DNA of 36,169 nt from Hyphochytrium catenoides (lineage: Eukaryota > Protista > Hyphochytriomycota): contig FLMG01003956.1 in NCBI GenBank assembly GCA_900088475.1, forward strand, positions 1 through 36,169. The letters are read 5' to 3'. Under the pieces are notes generated by a model, which made no database searches, was not told the origin of the DNA, and worked only from the letters and a program-made list of their open reading frames with translations. Positions 32,296 through 36,169 of the stretch are shown here, one piece after another (the stretch's first letter is position 1; each line of letters starts with the position of its first letter). Both the position numbers and the translations under genes were made by a program.

Positions 32296-35200
32296 TCACT
32301 CTTTCTTTCGCGCTGCAATGGCGCTCATGAGGTCTCCACGCCCTCCTCCTCCTCCTCTCCCTCTGCCACCTGATCGCCCTCTGATAGCTCCAAGCAAGTC
32401 ATTCATAGGAGGAGCGGGTCCTCTTCCTCCTCCTCCTCTCCCTGGTCCTCTCCCTCTGATGGAGGCCAGAAGGTCGTTCTGAGGTGCTTCTGCTGCATCT
32501 CCTCGCCCTCCTCTTCCTCCCTTTATCGCACTGAACAGATCTGCCCTGCCTCCTCCCCTGCCTCCCATGGGACCTCCCCTACCCGCAGGCGGTCCTCCAC
32601 CTCCTCTTGCGCTGCTTCCTTCCTCTCCTCCCGCTTTTTGTTCTATCTCCTGTCTGCGTACGCTTCTTGGCTTCAGTGGCCGCTGCGGCGGCGGAAGCTT
32701 TGCTTTCTGCTCTGCTAGCGTGCGCTCGTTCTTTGTCCTGAGTTCGTGGACAAGCTGCTCCACGCTGCTCACAGCGGAAGTGACCTTGCTATCCTTTGCG
32801 CCGTTCTCCTGCCAGAGAGAAAAGGAGTTCGTGGGAACAGTGAGCAAGGACCAGGAGAGAGATCGAAGACTGTAAGCTCTAGTAGGATGCAAGGAAAGAG
32901 AGAGGGTCTCGAAGGGTAGACGCCCTAAACACTACTTAGAGAGGGAAATCGAGCACCGACAGCTGGAAGGAGGAGCTACTATTTCTCACTGGGGTCCAAA
33001 CAAGGCGAACGGAAGGCGAATCAGAGGAGAATATCTGAGAGAAAGAGAACAACAGGGCCAAGAAAGCGATACGACGCGCGTGAAATCGTGGACCTGCATG
33101 AGGGTCTGGATGACATCTGTGTACTCTGTGATCCAGTCCAAGAGCTCCTTGGAGAAGGAAATCTCTAGCGGGCTTCGCGTGTCTGGGCCGTCCAGAGCAG
33201 CGTTTCTTTTCCCTGAGAGCTTCATTCCCGCTCTCTCTGCCATCATCATCGTCACCGCCTTCATGTCGTTCAGCACAGACGAAAAGGAGGCAAGTTCCTC
33301 GCGAGCTTCAGAAGTGCCCTTGGACCGATCGGTGTACCACTTCGTCTCCGCTACCTCAAGCCTGGAACAAGAAGGAAGCTAATTAGAAGCGGCCAGGCTG
33401 AGGACAATTGCGCAAGGACATTAAGAGGATTTCTATAAAGTGATTTCTAGAACAGCCGCCCAAGTGACACAGAGGGATTGGCCGTACTTGTCCATTAGAT
33501 TCTCGATGTCTGCCAGTGCTCCTTCTGCCGCCGCAACCGCTCTAATGTCCCGCTTATAATGCTTCTTGAGTTCAGCCTGACGAGCATTCGCCCTCTTCTG
33601 TCGCGCATGTGCCTGTGCCTCCTGCATCGCTTTCATGCCCGCGTCCTCCACATCTGCCTTCGTCACCTCTACTTTGTAATACACTGAAGGACAGATAAGG
33701 GGAGATGTGAGGGTTAACAAGGTCACATCATAAAGGGCAAAAGGATAGCATTTCGTGGGTTGAAAGCGAGAGTTCAACAAGAGAGAGCGGCGGGCCATAC
33801 AGAGACATATAGCGGTAGCGTTTGGAAGGCTGGGAACAAGAAGGTGAGCTCTATGTACAAGACGCCATGACAAATGAGAGTGGGCACGCATACCATCCTC
33901 TGGTGGGAAGCCGAGGTCCAGGTCATAGCTGATTCGACTCTTAGGGGCTTGCCCTCTCTCATCGGCTAGCAGTTGGCTCTTGAAGGTTTGCTTCAAACCC
34001 TGTGGAAGAGCGACGAGGTGAGAGATGAGACAACATAGCGGAACAGGAGGCAAAAATCTGAGACCACAAACGTCCTTTCAATTTGGACGAGGAATACCAA
34101 TAGGAGACTTGGCTAATTACCTTGAACCATCCCCACTTTCTACCCGCCAGCTCTTCCTTCTCCTGTTCCTGCCACTTCTCTGCAATATCTTTCAAGTGAC
34201 AGTGCAATGCCCGCCTCTCTACCAGCGTCAGACCTAACAGTGAGGCAGAAATCAAGGTTCAAAGGAAGAGTCAGCTTCATTATGACGATCAGGAGATTTT
34301 CATCAAGAAACAAGTGCAGCTCCGCAGTCAAACCTGTCATTCTTAGGGATTCTAAGGTTGAAGGATGCCACCGCATAATGTTCTGAGGGTCCGTGCGCAG
34401 CAGCTGTAGCACGTTGGTCCTTTTGAAGCGCATTGCGATGGCCGGAGGAACACCCTTCTCCTTCAGTGCCTAAAGAGCCGGCACCAGAGAAGCGGAAGGT
34501 AATAGCAGAAAATATAAGACGGTAGCACCATTGCTCCTTTCACTCTTGACCACATCACTTCGTCAGTTCCCTCTTTCGCTTCAGAGCTATTGGGCTGGTT
34601 ACCTGCTCAGTCATAACATTAACCTCCACCGGCATCATTCTTCTAATGGCACGCAAGGCTTCCATGTTTGGTACTGCATGCTTCTCATCCCACTCCCTCT
34701 CCTGCCGACGTTGCTCCTCCTGGTACTCCTCCGTCAGCATGAGTGCGTTGTTATATTTCTCCATGTCCTGCTCCAAGCGGAAATATTCCTCTCTCAGAGC
34801 CTTCTGAGTCGCAGGGTCCGGATGTGTCACGTCTGCAGACCCAATCTCTGCCATTCTCTTCGAAATCTGAATAGACAAGAGGAAAAATCACTGAGTGCTG
34901 GAGATGTCATAACGCTGCCAGGGATGCATAACACTCGAAATAACTTCAGAGGAGGGGAAGAAAAGAAAGAGAGAGGGAGAAAGAGAGGGAGAAAGAGAGA
35001 GAGACAGAAAGAGACGAGAGAGAGTATGCAAGACCGGACACGAGAAGAATGAACAGGAGATGAGCGGCAGGTGTAACGAAGAAGGAAAACGAAGAGTTCT
35101 TAGACGGTCTTCCTGGTGCCCTACCTCTTCCACCTTAGCTTTAGCCTCCTCATACGGAATATCCTCTGCAATCTGAATGCCCGCATTTGCCAGCTGCTTC

Positions 35201-35444
35201 TCAAGCTTCGCAAGCCGCCGCAGTAGGGCAGTCTGGTCAGCAGAGAGCCCCGCGAACATCTCACTAACATCAGAACACAACAGCGTCAGACAAGCCGAGG
35301 AGTAAGGCGAGACCCAACCATAAGACGGATCGGACCGTCAGATGGAAAGAGGCGCGTGAGCATCGATGGAAGAGAAGCTTGTACAAGGTAAGAGGGGGAG
35401 AGAGANNNNNNNNNNNNNNNNNNNNNNNNNNNNNNNNNNNNNNN

Positions 35445-35475
<31 letters not shown>

Positions 35476-36169
35476 GAGTAGCAGGAGAGTTCTGGACGAG
35501 GTCTGCAGCCTCTCCTGGAGCAGCATACATTTCTGAGGCTTTCTTCGCGGCCTGTTCCTTCTTTCTCTGCTCCTCCTTCTCCTTTGCCCATTGTTTCTGG
35601 TAGAACGAAAATGTCTCTTCCATGGCTCGATGGCCTTCGATGAAAGCCTTCACCGTCATCTCAGGTACTCCGTCCGCTATCATCCGCTTTTGAACTAAAT
35701 CTAAGGACTCCTGCAAAGCCGCGTAACAAATTAGACTGATTTATGGGTAAGAGCAGCATCACGGCCACAAGAAAAGCATGTATAGTGTCGGACGAATATT
35801 CTGGCTTCGAGGTGACGGTCCGCTTACATGTGCAGCGATCATCTTTTTGTAAGGCACAAGCGCTGATGAAATGTCTTGTTCTAGAAGCGCACGCGTTTTG
35901 TTCTGGACGTCGCGCGTGGCCTCTGTCAGCTGCTCAACCTCCGACTGCTGAGCTGCTGCTGCTTCTTTCGCGGCCTCAATCTCTTGGCTACATTAACAAA
36001 GGCGTTAGAGGCAGCTTTCACAGCAGGAGCAGGAAGGTATTTGGGCCCATCAGGTGCCAGAAGGGTTCAGCGTGACAACATGGAAATAGAGCGTCTCATA
36101 GGTCCACCAACGGGCTATACGGCGAGATTTCCTAGTTAGGACGATTTGTGAGTCGTACCGTGCTTTCTC
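32296..36169 (-). CDS. Uncharacterised coiled-coil protein with CCDC53-like motif and C-terminal WH2-like/RGG repeats (5'-partial; continues beyond the window)
   Basis: A chain of in-frame GT-AG exons runs from the window edge (EKAR-QEIEAAKE...PYKKMIAAH-ESLDLVQKRMIADGVPE...) through EDIPYEEAKAKVEE-ISKRMAEIG... to the stop at 32296. The last exon has ADLFSAIKGG, NDLLASIRG, NDLLGAIRG and GDLMSAIAARK. Confidence 0.8.
35406..35444. other. Assembly gap (N run) within an intronic GA microsatellite
   Basis: Ns flanked by (GA)n. Confidence 0.95.

Overview
Eukaryotic, intron-rich genomic DNA with canonical GT-AG introns full of (CT)n/(GA)n microsatellites and two N-gaps. Manual splicing gives, in order: (-) a ~20-exon fusion gene encoding a cAMP-receptor/GCR1-like 7TM receptor, an inositol polyphosphate 5-phosphatase and a SHIP-like C2 domain; (-) a 4-exon, ~88-aa DAD3-like subunit of the Dam1/DASH kinetochore complex that the ORF track misses; two identical tRNA-Leu(CAG) genes; (+) PAK1IP1/MAK11 WD40 protein; (-) a mitochondrion-targeted, alphaproteobacterial-type FtsZ with no C-terminal tail; a 3x71-bp minisatellite; (-) an orphan Cys-rich single-pass membrane protein; (-) a secreted M36 fungalysin; (+) a bacterial-type M1 aminopeptidase N; and (-) the 3' part of an uncharacterised protein with a CCDC53-like motif, coiled coils and four WH2-like repeats. 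Mitochondrial FtsZ together with a GPCR-INPP fusion argues for a non-fungal, non-animal protist, most plausibly a stramenopile (inference). The locus nonetheless carries two families best known from fungi (DASH, M36). The best candidate for an unusual system is the one-polypeptide receptor-phosphoinositide phosphatase-C2 module. All family calls come from motif recognition by eye; no searches were run.
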